Positions 9,295-19,409 of a stretch of 64,000 nt of DNA are shown in pieces. Each line of letters starts with the position of its first letter. The stretch's first letter is position 1. The notes beneath the pieces were generated by a model. That model was not told the DNA's origin. It saw only the letters and a list, made by a program, of their open reading frames with translations, and searched no databases. Source of the DNA: Verrucomicrobiales bacterium (GTDB taxonomy: Bacteria; Verrucomicrobiota; Verrucomicrobiia; Verrucomicrobiales; DEV007); contig JASLJT010000181.1 in assembly GCA_030747955.1 (NCBI GenBank), forward strand, positions 1,940 to 65,939, given 5' to 3'. Made by a program: the position numbers and the translations under genes.

Positions 9295-10134
9295 ATGAAA
9301 TATTTAATTCTATCATTAGCAGGGTTAATCTTTCCCCTCTCTCAAACCAAGGCTCAGGCTCCAAAGCTAGAAGTTTCACCGATCCCAAAAGGAAAACTGA
9401 TGGCCTTTGCCCCTGCCTTTTCAAAATACATCAATGTATTCGGGGTCCACGTCTTTGCCACCAAACGGACTCCCGACTCAAAGATACTCCATGCCGCTTC
9501 AGTGCTTGCAGAATATCTAGACAATGATGAGAATGGAAAACCAGACAATCTGCAAGTCGTTGATGCTTTGATTTCTAGGGACGCCTACCTTGAAATCTTC
9601 GCAAACGAGCGCGAACTGGAAAGAGTGCACGGCAGGGGAAAACATTTCAAGGAAGGTTTTCACTATGGAATTTCACAGTTTGTTGAAGAAACCAATCCCG
9701 GAAATGGTAGATTCGATGCTACTCTCGAAGAAGTGTTCCACCTGATAACTCACCATGGATACGGGAATGCTTATCCAAGAATTTTTGGGCCCCGCTCAGG
9801 AACACAGATTGCAAAGTGTTTGGATTTAGCCCGTAAAGGACACTTCGTTGAAGTGCCAGAATCGTATCCGGAAGGAGCCTGGTTCACTTATGATGACGAG
9901 AGTTGCGAGTACGGCTGCATGGTCACGGAATATATCTATTGGGCCATGACTTCTATACTTGGTGCACAAAAATCCCTTCATAGGCAACGGGAAATTAAAC
10001 ACGAGTGGCGGCTTCCAACTCGTGAACTTGTTAGAAAGGGAGATCCTGCCGTTTTTAAATTATTGAATGAACCCAAGTATAAATTTCCAAAGGTCCTTCC
10101 TGATGGAAAATATAAGTTGAACGTATCAGATTAG
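9295..10134 (+). CDS. hypothetical secreted protein
   Basis: Signal peptide MKYLILSLAGLIFPLSQTKAQA. It starts 30 nt after the DUF1592 gene on the same strand. It contains LEEVFHLITHHGYG. I recognise no family. Confidence 0.6.
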   Translation: MKYLILSLAGLIFPLSQTKAQAPKLEVSPIPKGKLMAFAPAFSKYINVFGVHVFATKRTPDSKILHAASVLAEYLDNDENGKPDNLQVVDALISRDAYLEIFANERELERVHGRGKHFKEGFHYGISQFVEETNPGNGRFDATLEEVFHLITHHGYGNAYPRIFGPRSGTQIAKCLDLARKGHFVEVPESYPEGAWFTYDDESCEYGCMVTEYIYWAMTSILGAQKSLHRQREIKHEWRLPTRELVRKGDPAVFKLLNEPKYKFPKVLPDGKYKLNVSD

Positions 10135-10148
10135 ATTCGTTGAACTAA

Positions 10149-11015
10149 TTATTTAATCCCAATCAACAAATTATCAATGAGCTGACTAGTGTCTTCTAAT
10201 GACTTGTCGCTACCTTCTCGGGTAGCCCATCCAGCAAATCCTATCTCATGTAAAGCGGCCCGGACCTTGTCCCAGTCAACGTCACCTTCGCCGAGCCTGC
10301 AGAATCCATTCTTCTTGCCCCAGTCCTTCACATCAAGCTTGACGGTGCGGTTACCTAGGGTCCTAATCCAGTCCTCAGCAGGCGCAAATTTTTGCATGTT
10401 TCCGATGTCAAAATATGCACCGACCCAGGGACTATCGAATTCATCAATATAGTCCCGAAACTTTTCAGGACTCTCACAAAAACCGTTCCAAACCGTCTCG
10501 ATCAAAACTCTAACTCCAAGCCTAGAAGCTAGAGGAATAACGGCCCTGACTTGCTCAATTGAGCGTTCCCAAACATGCTCATGGGTTTCGTTAGCGCCTC
10601 CTACCCTTCCTGGCACAAGCAACACAGAAGACCCTCCAAGCAAATGAGAATTCATCAAAGCATTCTCGAGATTCTTCCTTCCCTTCTCACGGACTTCGAG
10701 TCTCGGATCACTTAATCGGACAGACCAATGTCCACCGTTAACGAGTCCATGCACACGAATCCCGGTCTTTTTAGCCGCTGCCCTGTAAGCTTCTGCTTCC
10801 CCAGCATTACCACTTTCGACACCATCATACCCAAGTCCTTTGAGTCGCATAAAAAAAGCTTCAACTGATTCTCCCCTCTTTTTACCACCCTTCAGTGCCT
10901 TATATATTCGACCCTTAAAATTCGGACTTTTATTTAAATCTTGCGCACCGGAAGTAATTAGCGGAACAGAAGTTAAGGGAATTGCAGAACATTTAAGAAA
11001 GGATCGACGGTTCAT
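10149..11015 (-). CDS. xylose-isomerase-like TIM-barrel protein (sugar phosphate isomerase/epimerase family) with TAT leader
   Basis: MNRRSFLKCSAIPL leader. Family-typical GYDGVE, LIETVWN and FDIGN segments. Confidence 0.75.
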   Translation of the reverse strand: MNRRSFLKCSAIPLTSVPLITSGAQDLNKSPNFKGRIYKALKGGKKRGESVEAFFMRLKGLGYDGVESGNAGEAEAYRAAAKKTGIRVHGLVNGGHWSVRLSDPRLEVREKGRKNLENALMNSHLLGGSSVLLVPGRVGGANETHEHVWERSIEQVRAVIPLASRLGVRVLIETVWNGFCESPEKFRDYIDEFDSPWVGAYFDIGNMQKFAPAEDWIRTLGNRTVKLDVKDWGKKNGFCRLGEGDVDWDKVRAALHEIGFAGWATREGSDKSLEDTSQLIDNLLIGIK

Positions 11016-11167
11016 ATAATGAAGTATGTTTTATTTAGTGTGAGAATATTAGTCCAAAAAGCATCAATAATACAAGTAGGAGCTTATCCGTGAGATGATT
11101 TCCCTTGCCCATGGGCTTGTAAAATAGAAAATTGATTCCGATATTTACCGCTACTGATTAAACTTTG

Positions 11168-13831
11168 ATGTTCGACTCATTCTATCTAAAGAACAACAAT
11201 CCTCTGATGATCTGGCATTGGCTAATTTTATTGTTAATAGCAAACCTAAATTTACGGATCGAAGCTCAAGAAAGCGCTGATTCAGACTGGTGGTCCCTCC
11301 AGCAAATTAAAAGACCAGAAGTTCCTGCAGTTAAAAACAAGAAATGGGTTCGTAACCCAATTGATAATTTTGTTCTCGCAAAACTTGAAGAGACAGGACT
11401 CGACCCTGCTCCTGAAGCAAATCGCAGGTCGCTGACTCGCAGACTACATTTTGATCTTATCGGACTTCCTCCAGCCTCAGATTCAACCCCCGATATTAAC
11501 GAACTCCTTGCTAGCCCACATTACGGTGAACGGTGGGCAAGGCACTGGTTAGATGTGGCCCGTTATGGAGAAAGTAATGGGTTCGAATATGATCAACTGC
11601 GTCCCAATGCCTGGGCTTATAGGGACTGGGTCATTGATGCGTTAAATCAGGACATGCCTTATGACAAGTTCGCACGACTCCAAATTGCAGGTGACGTCAT
11701 TGAACCTAATGATCCAGGAGCCATCATTGCCACGGGCTTCCTTGTGTGCGGAGCATTCGATGGGCTCAAGCCTTCCGGAGACAAGCAAAGAAAAATCATG
11801 CGACAAGATGAAATGGAAGACTTAGTTGGGACCGTCAGCCAAACTTTCCTCGGACTCACGGTCCATTGTGCACGATGTCACGATCATAAGTTTGACCCGA
11901 TCCCGCAAAAGGAATATTACCAGATGGCATCTGCCCTGGGAGGTGTACATAGAGGAGATCGCGATGTTCCGGCTTCCGGAAACCCGAAAACTTTAAAACA
12001 AAAAAAGGATCTTCTACAACAAAGGCTCGAGACCGGTGACAAAAGAATCCGTGAACTGATTCTCAAGGAAAACAAAGGTGACAAAAGAAATAATGGAGGA
12101 CCGCAACCCATAGCAATATGGACCTTTGACAAGGACCTAAAAGACCAGATAGGAAACATTCATGGAAAAGCATTGGGCGGTGCCAGAATCAATGGCGGTG
12201 CCCTTGAACTGGACGGGAAGTCTGCATACGTGATGACTGTTCCCATTAATCGGAACATGAAAGCAAAGACTCTCGAAGCATGGGTAAAATTAAACAATCT
12301 TGATCAGCGAGGCGGAGCCGCTATGAGCATGCAAAGTAACGATGGTAAGACATTTGACGCTATCGTGTTTGGAGAGCGCGATCCGAAACACTGGATGGCG
12401 GGTAGTGAAGGTTACTCAAGGACACAAAGTTTCGGAGGCGAAGAGGAAAACAAGGCAAAGGATGAATTCACCCACATCGCCATCGTTTACAAAGCTGATG
12501 GTCATATCACCGCCTACAGAAATGGAAAACCGTATGGAAAAACCTATAAGTCTGAATCAGTGGATTTTTCCTCCGGAAATTATCAGGTTCTATTTGGAAT
12601 GCGCCACGGAACTAAAGCCGGTAGTAATTTAATGTTAAGTGGGAAAATTGATCGGGCCCAACTCTATGATAAGGCGCTCACGGCTGAAGAAATTGCACTT
12701 TCATCTAGTGGAAATTTTGTCTCAGAAGCTGAGCTGGTCGCTAGGCTCAGACCAGAACAAAAAATTGTCAGGGAAAGCTGGAAAACTGAAATTGCCCAGA
12801 TTGATAAAGCGTTAAGTAAAATGAAAAAGAGGAAAGTGTACGCAGTAAGGCCATCAAAGGCTCCGGTGACACATCTTCTAGTTAGAGGTAGCCCTTTCGA
12901 ATTAGGGGATGAAGTTTCAGCCGGCGGGGTTCAATCTGTTACTGGATCAATATCTTCAAATTTCGGGCTAAAGGCGGACGCTCCTGATGCCGAGCGGCGT
13001 AAAAAATTAGCAACCTGGATAAGTGCCCCTGACAACCCTCTCTTTGCCAGAGTCATAGTCAACCGTCTCTGGCATTATCACTTTGGGAAGGGTCTCGTTC
13101 AAACAACCAATGATCTGGGTTTTAATGGCGGAACCCCTTCTCACCCGAAACTTCTTGATTGGTTAGCTGCTGAACTTAAGGAACAGAAATGGAGCCTAAA
13201 ATCGATGCATAAAATAATATGTAATTCCGCTACTTATCGGCAATCCTCGCAAGAAAATCCTAAAGCCTTGGCAAAAGATTCGGACAACGTATTGCTCTGG
13301 AAAAGATCGATCTCAAGGTTAGAAGCTGAGCTCATTCGTGACTCGATACTGACCGTTTCAGGGCAACTAAATAAAAAAATGGGTGGGCCGGGTTATCGCG
13401 ACTTTAAAATGTACAATCACAAAGGTTCTTGGGTCTATGATGCCACCGATCCAGAAGGAGCTGAATTTAATCGCCGTAGCATCTACAGGACCTGGGCAAG
13501 AGGTAACGTTCATCCACTCCTCGCACCACTTGACTGCCCTGACCCATCAGCATCTGCTCCCGTCAGAAGTATTACAACGACTCCTCTAGGCGCCTTGTCC
13601 ATGATGAACACTTCGTTCGTTCTTCGTATGTCACGCAAATTTGCTGACAGATTAAAAGCAGAAGCCGGAAACGATATTAATGCTCAAGTCAAACGCGGCT
13701 TCGAGCTCGCCTTTATGCGTGAGCCAAAGGAAAAGGAAAAAAAACTCATCGAGGACTTCGTAAAAGAGAACGGCCTTACGGCACTTTGCAGAGTCCTTCT
13801 TAATTCCAATGAATTTATTTATCTGAACTAG
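11168..13831 (+). CDS. DUF1549/DUF1553 (PSD1-type) protein with inserted LamG domain
   Basis: HYGERWARHWLDVARYGESNGFEYD (DUF1549), HCARCHDHKFDPI, a LamG-like ALELDGKSAYV...GKIDRAQLYDKALTAEEI (about nt 12170-12700), and NPLFARVIVNRLWHYHFGKGLV (DUF1553). The first ATG is at 11168; the track start 11165 is TTG. Confidence 0.85.
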   Translation: MFDSFYLKNNNPLMIWHWLILLLIANLNLRIEAQESADSDWWSLQQIKRPEVPAVKNKKWVRNPIDNFVLAKLEETGLDPAPEANRRSLTRRLHFDLIGLPPASDSTPDINELLASPHYGERWARHWLDVARYGESNGFEYDQLRPNAWAYRDWVIDALNQDMPYDKFARLQIAGDVIEPNDPGAIIATGFLVCGAFDGLKPSGDKQRKIMRQDEMEDLVGTVSQTFLGLTVHCARCHDHKFDPIPQKEYYQMASALGGVHRGDRDVPASGNPKTLKQKKDLLQQRLETGDKRIRELILKENKGDKRNNGGPQPIAIWTFDKDLKDQIGNIHGKALGGARINGGALELDGKSAYVMTVPINRNMKAKTLEAWVKLNNLDQRGGAAMSMQSNDGKTFDAIVFGERDPKHWMAGSEGYSRTQSFGGEEENKAKDEFTHIAIVYKADGHITAYRNGKPYGKTYKSESVDFSSGNYQVLFGMRHGTKAGSNLMLSGKIDRAQLYDKALTAEEIALSSSGNFVSEAELVARLRPEQKIVRESWKTEIAQIDKALSKMKKRKVYAVRPSKAPVTHLLVRGSPFELGDEVSAGGVQSVTGSISSNFGLKADAPDAERRKKLATWISAPDNPLFARVIVNRLWHYHFGKGLVQTTNDLGFNGGTPSHPKLLDWLAAELKEQKWSLKSMHKIICNSATYRQSSQENPKALAKDSDNVLLWKRSISRLEAELIRDSILTVSGQLNKKMGGPGYRDFKMYNHKGSWVYDATDPEGAEFNRRSIYRTWARGNVHPLLAPLDCPDPSASAPVRSITTTPLGALSMMNTSFVLRMSRKFADRLKAEAGNDINAQVKRGFELAFMREPKEKEKKLIEDFVKENGLTALCRVLLNSNEFIYLN

Positions 13832-13834
13832 TCG

Positions 13835-15259
13835 ATGAAAATCAATAACGACATCAAGCGACGAGACTTTCTGAACTGGAGTACGCATGGCCTAGGAGGT
13901 GCAGCCATTTCATCGCTCATGCTGGAAGATGGATTCGCCTCTCAAGCACTCAAGGCTCACCACATACCCCATAATAAGCAGGTCATTCATATATGCTTGT
14001 GCGGCGGTATTAGCCAGGTTGATTCATTCGATTACAAACCCAAGCTCAAGGAAATGCATGGTAAGTCTTTGCAGGCAGACGAAAAGCCTGACGTGTTTTT
14101 TGGTAGAGTTGGTCTGCTAAGGTCCAATGACTGGGAATTCAAGCAACGGGGACAGAGCGGAATGTGGATCTCAGATCTTTTCCCACATATATCGACAATC
14201 GCTGATGAGCTGACCGTAATTAATTCAATGGTTGCTGAATCCTCAAGTCATACACCTGCCACGTTCCAGGAAAGTAGCGGTTTCCGTCTAAATGGATTCC
14301 CGGTGATGGGGTCATGGGTATCGTATGGACTTGGCAATTTGACCAGTGATTTACCAACTTACGTGGTCCTTCCTGACTCTCGAGGCATGCCGGCCGGATC
14401 AACCAGTAACTGGACCAACGGATTCTTACCTGCCCGTCATCAGGGAGTTCCGTTCAGGACTAGTGGTGATGGAAACGCTATCAGTAACCTTTTCCCGGCC
14501 GAAAAGATTGAGCCTATGGTTGAATCCAATAGTCGAAACCTTCTCAAAAAAATGAATGATCTCCACATGAAGGAAACGGGCACAAATGATACACTCGCAG
14601 CAAGAATCGCGAGTTATGAACTCGCAGCAAAAATGCAGCTCGCTGTTCCGGAAGTTACCAGCATCGAAGGCGAAACGGAAAGGACACGTGAAAGTTATGG
14701 TTTAAATGGTAAAGAAACAAGAGACTTCGGAAGGAGTTGCTTACTTGCGAGGAGACTCTTGGAACGCGGAGTAAGGCACGTTCAACTCTTCTCAGGCGGT
14801 TCTTTTGGCTCGCCAAGGATTAACTGGGACGGTCATGAGGACATGAAACGTAATCATGGACGCGAGGCTCTGCGGATAGATCAGCCCGTCGCGGCTCTGA
14901 TTAAGGATCTTAGGGCAAGAGGAATGCTTGATGAGACGCTCATTTTATTCACTTCAGAATTTGGAAGGACTCCTTTTACTCAGTCCGCATCTGACAAGGT
15001 CGGCACGGGCCGGGATCATAACCAGGTCGGTTTCAGTGTATGGCTTGCTGGAGGAGGCCTCAAATCAGGAATAAATTACGGAGCCACTGATGATATCGGC
15101 TACAAATCTGTCATTGATCCTGTCCCCTGGTATGATTTCCATGCGACTGTATTACATCTTTTGGGCATAGATCATGAGCGTCTCAGTTATTACCACAACG
15201 GGATTCAAAGGCGCCTCACTAATGTGCACGGCAATGTTCTATCTGGTATACTTGCCTAA
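13835..15259 (+). CDS. DUF1501 protein (sulfatase/alkaline-phosphatase-superfamily-like), TAT leader
   Basis: KRRDFLNWSTHGLGGAAI leader, ICLCGGISQVDSFDYKP and FTSEFGRTP..GRDHN. Only 3 nt separate it from the upstream DUF1553 stop. Confidence 0.85.
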   Translation: MKINNDIKRRDFLNWSTHGLGGAAISSLMLEDGFASQALKAHHIPHNKQVIHICLCGGISQVDSFDYKPKLKEMHGKSLQADEKPDVFFGRVGLLRSNDWEFKQRGQSGMWISDLFPHISTIADELTVINSMVAESSSHTPATFQESSGFRLNGFPVMGSWVSYGLGNLTSDLPTYVVLPDSRGMPAGSTSNWTNGFLPARHQGVPFRTSGDGNAISNLFPAEKIEPMVESNSRNLLKKMNDLHMKETGTNDTLAARIASYELAAKMQLAVPEVTSIEGETERTRESYGLNGKETRDFGRSCLLARRLLERGVRHVQLFSGGSFGSPRINWDGHEDMKRNHGREALRIDQPVAALIKDLRARGMLDETLILFTSEFGRTPFTQSASDKVGTGRDHNQVGFSVWLAGGGLKSGINYGATDDIGYKSVIDPVPWYDFHATVLHLLGIDHERLSYYHNGIQRRLTNVHGNVLSGILA

Positions 15260-15279
15260 TTGAGGAGAGAAAGGACAAG

Positions 15280-16719
15280 CTAAGAAAATATCTTGTTTAT
15301 AGGATTTCCGTGATAGATCGGATGTGGTCTGCCGGTCAAATCCTCCCAATGAGCATCCTGTGGAATTCCAAGTGCTCTATAAATCGTCGCCGCAAAATCC
15401 TCAGGACTGTGCGGATCAGTGGCAGGATGGCCTCCGTTAGAATCACTGGACCCAACTACTGCTCCACCAGTGATGCCGCCCCCAGCAAAAAGTACGGTCT
15501 GAACAGCGCCCCAATGGTCACGACCGGGGAGCTTTGCTTTTGGTATCTTGAAGATCCTAGGTGTCCTGCCAAATTCACTGGCCATCACTACGAGAGTATC
15601 TTCTAACATACCGCGATCATGTAAATCATCGAGTAACGCTGAAACGGCACGGTCAGTTGGTGGAAGCAGAAAATTCTTTAGGCTAGGAAATCCTGCTTGG
15701 TGCGTGTCCCAAGCTTCATTATTGCCAAGATTAACCTGAACTAACTTAACGCCCGCTTCTACTAATTGCCTAGCCATGAGTAAGGACCAGCCAAAAGCGT
15801 TTCTGCCATAATTGTCCTGAAGCTTGGGATCAGCTCCATGCACATCAAATGCAGACTTTGTCTTTGGATCTGCAAGGAGCGATACGGCCATGTTGGTGTA
15901 TCGGTCAAACTCTCTTACTTCGGCCTCATTTTCAAAATGCTTTTGCTGTGAATCTAGGTACCGTGAAATACCTAAACGATCCTGTAACCGATCAAGTCCC
16001 ACTGCCTCGGGTAATGATAAATCTGGCTCAAGAAATTTTTTGGTTGATCCATCCACTTTGCCTTTCGCATGATGAAAGAGATAATTAGGATATGCTCCAT
16101 AGCTTGCTGCATTGTACTTAGAGCAATTTAAAAAGAACGGTTCCCAACGCTCACCCATGAGGCCCGAGAATTGTCCTGGCAAGGTTCTCCCAGTCCGGTG
16201 AACAATTTTTTCCGGAAGGACCATGGACGGTGGAAGCGCGCCAGAACCTGTTAGGTAACGGTTCGCCATGGCTGCTATTGATGGATAGTCTTCGGGCCTC
16301 GGCTTATTCGGATCAAATCCTTGAGGAGTTTCAGAGCGACCAGTGAGCATGATGTGATGGCCCTGAGAATGCTCATTCCAGCGGTGAGTCACAGATCGGC
16401 AAAGAGCCCAACGATCACTCCTTTTAGCCAGTTCAGGTAAGTGCTCACAAATATGAAGGCCCGGTGTCTTGGTCTTAATCGGAGAGAATTCACCACGGAT
16501 TTCAAGTGGAGCATCAGGCTTCATATCAAAAGTATCAATCTGCGAAAGGCCGCCCGATAAGAAAATATAAATAACAGACTTTGCTTTTCCGTCTCCTTTC
16601 TCAGAAGACGCGAGTGCTCTTAAGAGACCCGCATCGCTTAGCCCTGAGCCCAATGCACCTATAGAACCTGCCTTGATCATGGTTCTGCGAGAAATCGTTG
16701 GGTGATTAGGAAGTTTCAT
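15280..16719 (-). CDS. DUF1501 protein, TAT leader (no adjacent same-strand partner)
   Basis: ISRRTMIKAGSIGALG leader, IFLSGGLSQIDTFDMKPDAP and ASEFGRTP..GRDHW. It is divergent from the next DUF1549/1553 gene. Confidence 0.85.
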   Translation of the reverse strand: MKLPNHPTISRRTMIKAGSIGALGSGLSDAGLLRALASSEKGDGKAKSVIYIFLSGGLSQIDTFDMKPDAPLEIRGEFSPIKTKTPGLHICEHLPELAKRSDRWALCRSVTHRWNEHSQGHHIMLTGRSETPQGFDPNKPRPEDYPSIAAMANRYLTGSGALPPSMVLPEKIVHRTGRTLPGQFSGLMGERWEPFFLNCSKYNAASYGAYPNYLFHHAKGKVDGSTKKFLEPDLSLPEAVGLDRLQDRLGISRYLDSQQKHFENEAEVREFDRYTNMAVSLLADPKTKSAFDVHGADPKLQDNYGRNAFGWSLLMARQLVEAGVKLVQVNLGNNEAWDTHQAGFPSLKNFLLPPTDRAVSALLDDLHDRGMLEDTLVVMASEFGRTPRIFKIPKAKLPGRDHWGAVQTVLFAGGGITGGAVVGSSDSNGGHPATDPHSPEDFAATIYRALGIPQDAHWEDLTGRPHPIYHGNPINKIFS

Positions 16720-16793
16720 TCCTTGGAAATTCTTATCTGGATGATTATAAATTAGCCTAGATTATTCAATCCTAACACATTATATTTCCCTCC

Positions 16794-19406
16794 GTGACAT
16801 TGATAGTCAACATATTAGGGCTTTTGAGCATTGCGGTCGCTCTATTTTTATTTGGTCCGGGTCAACTCTTTGCCGAAAAAAAACTTTGGTCGCTTAAACC
16901 TATTAATGAAATCACTGTCCCCGCAAATACCAAGAATGACTGGTCACGTAATGTCATTGATGATTTTATTATTAAAAAGTTAACTACTGAATCTTTAAAT
17001 CCAAGCCCAAGAGCGGACAGGCGCTCACTTATCCGCAGAGCCAGTTATGATTTAACTGGGCTTCCTCCAAACCCGGAAACTGTTGCTGAATTCATTAATG
17101 ATCCAAGCAATGATGAAGTTGCTTTTTCCAAAATCATCGAGATTTTTTTGGGGTCAAGTGCCTACGGTGAAAAGTGGGGCCGTCACTGGTTGGACGTGGT
17201 GCGCTACGCTGACACTGCCGGCGAGAATAGCGATCATCCAATTGAGGATGCCTGGCGATACAGGAACTGGGTAATCGACGCCTTCAATTCCGATAAGCCT
17301 TACGATGAGTTCGTTCGAGAACAAATTGCCGGAGACATTCTTGCTACTGGAAAGAAAGGTGCAGAATTTGCAGATAGTATTATTGCTACTGGGTATTTGG
17401 CGATCGCGAGAAGATTCGGTCACGACATTGATAAGAGAATGTATCTCACCTATGAGGATGCTATTGATAACCTTGGCAAAACATTTCTTGGCCTTTCTAT
17501 TGCTTGTGCTCGCTGTCATGATCATAAACATGATCCCATAACGAGTGCAGATTATTATGCTTTGTATGGTGTAATGGCTAGCTCAAGGCTTCCTTTTCCT
17601 GGGTGCGAACCTAAACAACAACCAAGGGATCTCGTGCCTCTCGTAACCAATAATGTCATTGAGGAAAACAAAGAATGGGAAGAAAAGCTCAAAAAACTTG
17701 AACGAGATCTTGTAGAAAATCCAAAAAATGAACTCATCAAAGTTGCATCAGAGAGTTACAAGATGCTTTCAGAAGGGCATTTGCCTGTTGGAAAGTCCAT
17801 AGATTTTTCTTCTGATCCGATAAAAATCAATGTTAGAAAAGGTGAAGCGATACAGATCTCAATTGCTCCGAATGCAAATCACGGGGCTGATACCACTTTA
17901 ATAGATTTAAAAATTAAACACCAAACCGATTCAGGAAATCTAGAGTGGTCAACACAAGATCTCATAGACATTTTAACTAAAGCTAATCCCCTCAATTCAA
18001 ATAAGGGTATATGGTACTTTCTAGACATTGGGCCTGAAGGACCGCGTCTGCTGAACGAAAAGGCAGAAGCCATTGATGGCCAATCAACACTAAAAAAATG
18101 GTCACCTGGAAATCTTCCATCTGTAGCCGTAAACACGAGCAAGAACCCAGTAAAAGTTTGGACAGAAATACCCGCTAGAAGTTTTTTTGTTCATCCCAGT
18201 GCACAAAGCCCAGTTGCAGTGACTTGGATTAGCCCGGTTACAGGTAAAATTGAAATAGAATTAAAAGTTGCAGACGGACACGCATTTGGGGATGGGGTGA
18301 TTTGGCAACTTCAACACTTTGCGAACCATAAAATTCATTCTTCTTATGAAAAATTGGCACTAGATAAGCACGGAATCGCTAAAATTGAGGAGCACAAAAA
18401 TACTAAACCGATAACTAAAACTGATTATGCGTATGCAGTAGCAGAAGGTACGCCTAAAGATTACCCTATTCATAATAGGGGTGATGCTAAAGATCTAGGG
18501 CCAGTCGTTAAAAGACGTTTTTTATCAGTTCTAGGAGGTGAGATTTTAGGGGATAAGGATCATAGTGGCAGACTGGATCTAGCTGATTTGATTGTTAGTC
18601 CAAAGAATCCTCTCACTGCACGGGTAATGGTGAACCGGATATGGGCTTGGCACTTCGGCCAAGGCATTGTCGGAACTCCGAATGACTTTGGTACACATGG
18701 AGCTGCACCAACTCATCCAGAATTACTGGATCATCTCGCACTCGAATTTATTAAGAGTGGTTGGAGTATTAAACAAATGCACCGCATGATAATGAGCAGT
18801 GCCACTTATCAACAGTCGGCCCGATCAGGGCCAGGACCAAAAAAATACTCTGGCTTTGACAGGCGAAGGCTCTGTGCTGAAGAGATTCGTGATACGATTC
18901 TTTATCTTTCAGGTATGTTAGATGTGTCACCCGGCAAAGAGCATCCTTTTCCACCACGCGATAAATGGAACTTCACTCAACACAACCCCTTCGCGGGTGA
19001 ATATGCCAGCAGTAAACGGAGCATTTATCTCATGCGTAAGAGAAACCAGATCTCTTCTTTTTTCAGTCTATTTGATGGTCCTGACCCTAATGCCAGCACT
19101 GCTAGCAGGTCCCGGACCACGGTTCCTAGCCAAGCCCTTTATTTTATGAATGACCCATTCTTTCATGACTGTGCCGAACAATTTGCATCGAATATCCGCG
19201 CAATCGGTCCGGATCAGAGATTAGAGCACGCTTGTCAGCAACTCTTTTCCAGATCAGCAATTCAAACCGATCATGAGGACTTTGAAAACTTTGCTAGAGC
19301 AATGGCTCCTACCGTTTCAAATGACCCCGAAGAACAGGACACCGAAATCTGGAAATCCTATTCCAGAATTCTAATGTCCAGTAACGAGTTTCTTTACCTA
19401 GACTGA
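16794..19406 (+). CDS. DUF1549/DUF1553 (PSD1-type) protein with an unassigned central insert
   Basis: GTG start with signal-like N-terminus. AYGEKWGRHWLDVVRYADTAGENSD, ACARCHDHKHDPI and NPLTARVMVNRIWAWHFGQGIVGTPNDFG. The central ~300 aa (about nt 17640-18560) are not LamG-like by eye. Confidence 0.85.
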   Translation: MTLIVNILGLLSIAVALFLFGPGQLFAEKKLWSLKPINEITVPANTKNDWSRNVIDDFIIKKLTTESLNPSPRADRRSLIRRASYDLTGLPPNPETVAEFINDPSNDEVAFSKIIEIFLGSSAYGEKWGRHWLDVVRYADTAGENSDHPIEDAWRYRNWVIDAFNSDKPYDEFVREQIAGDILATGKKGAEFADSIIATGYLAIARRFGHDIDKRMYLTYEDAIDNLGKTFLGLSIACARCHDHKHDPITSADYYALYGVMASSRLPFPGCEPKQQPRDLVPLVTNNVIEENKEWEEKLKKLERDLVENPKNELIKVASESYKMLSEGHLPVGKSIDFSSDPIKINVRKGEAIQISIAPNANHGADTTLIDLKIKHQTDSGNLEWSTQDLIDILTKANPLNSNKGIWYFLDIGPEGPRLLNEKAEAIDGQSTLKKWSPGNLPSVAVNTSKNPVKVWTEIPARSFFVHPSAQSPVAVTWISPVTGKIEIELKVADGHAFGDGVIWQLQHFANHKIHSSYEKLALDKHGIAKIEEHKNTKPITKTDYAYAVAEGTPKDYPIHNRGDAKDLGPVVKRRFLSVLGGEILGDKDHSGRLDLADLIVSPKNPLTARVMVNRIWAWHFGQGIVGTPNDFGTHGAAPTHPELLDHLALEFIKSGWSIKQMHRMIMSSATYQQSARSGPGPKKYSGFDRRRLCAEEIRDTILYLSGMLDVSPGKEHPFPPRDKWNFTQHNPFAGEYASSKRSIYLMRKRNQISSFFSLFDGPDPNASTASRSRTTVPSQALYFMNDPFFHDCAEQFASNIRAIGPDQRLEHACQQLFSRSAIQTDHEDFENFARAMAPTVSNDPEEQDTEIWKSYSRILMSSNEFLYLD

Positions 19407-19409
19407 GAA

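Noticed and set aside
17154-17531. Long ORFs (>100 aa) antisense to or out of frame with confident genes (also 22065..22430, 23743..24135, 25059..25433, 28079..28411, 42392..42760, 54081..54464)
   Set aside because: Each lies entirely inside a well-supported gene with recognisable family motifs. The products are low-complexity (Ser/Arg/Leu-rich) with no recognisable motifs. They are treated as shadow ORFs.
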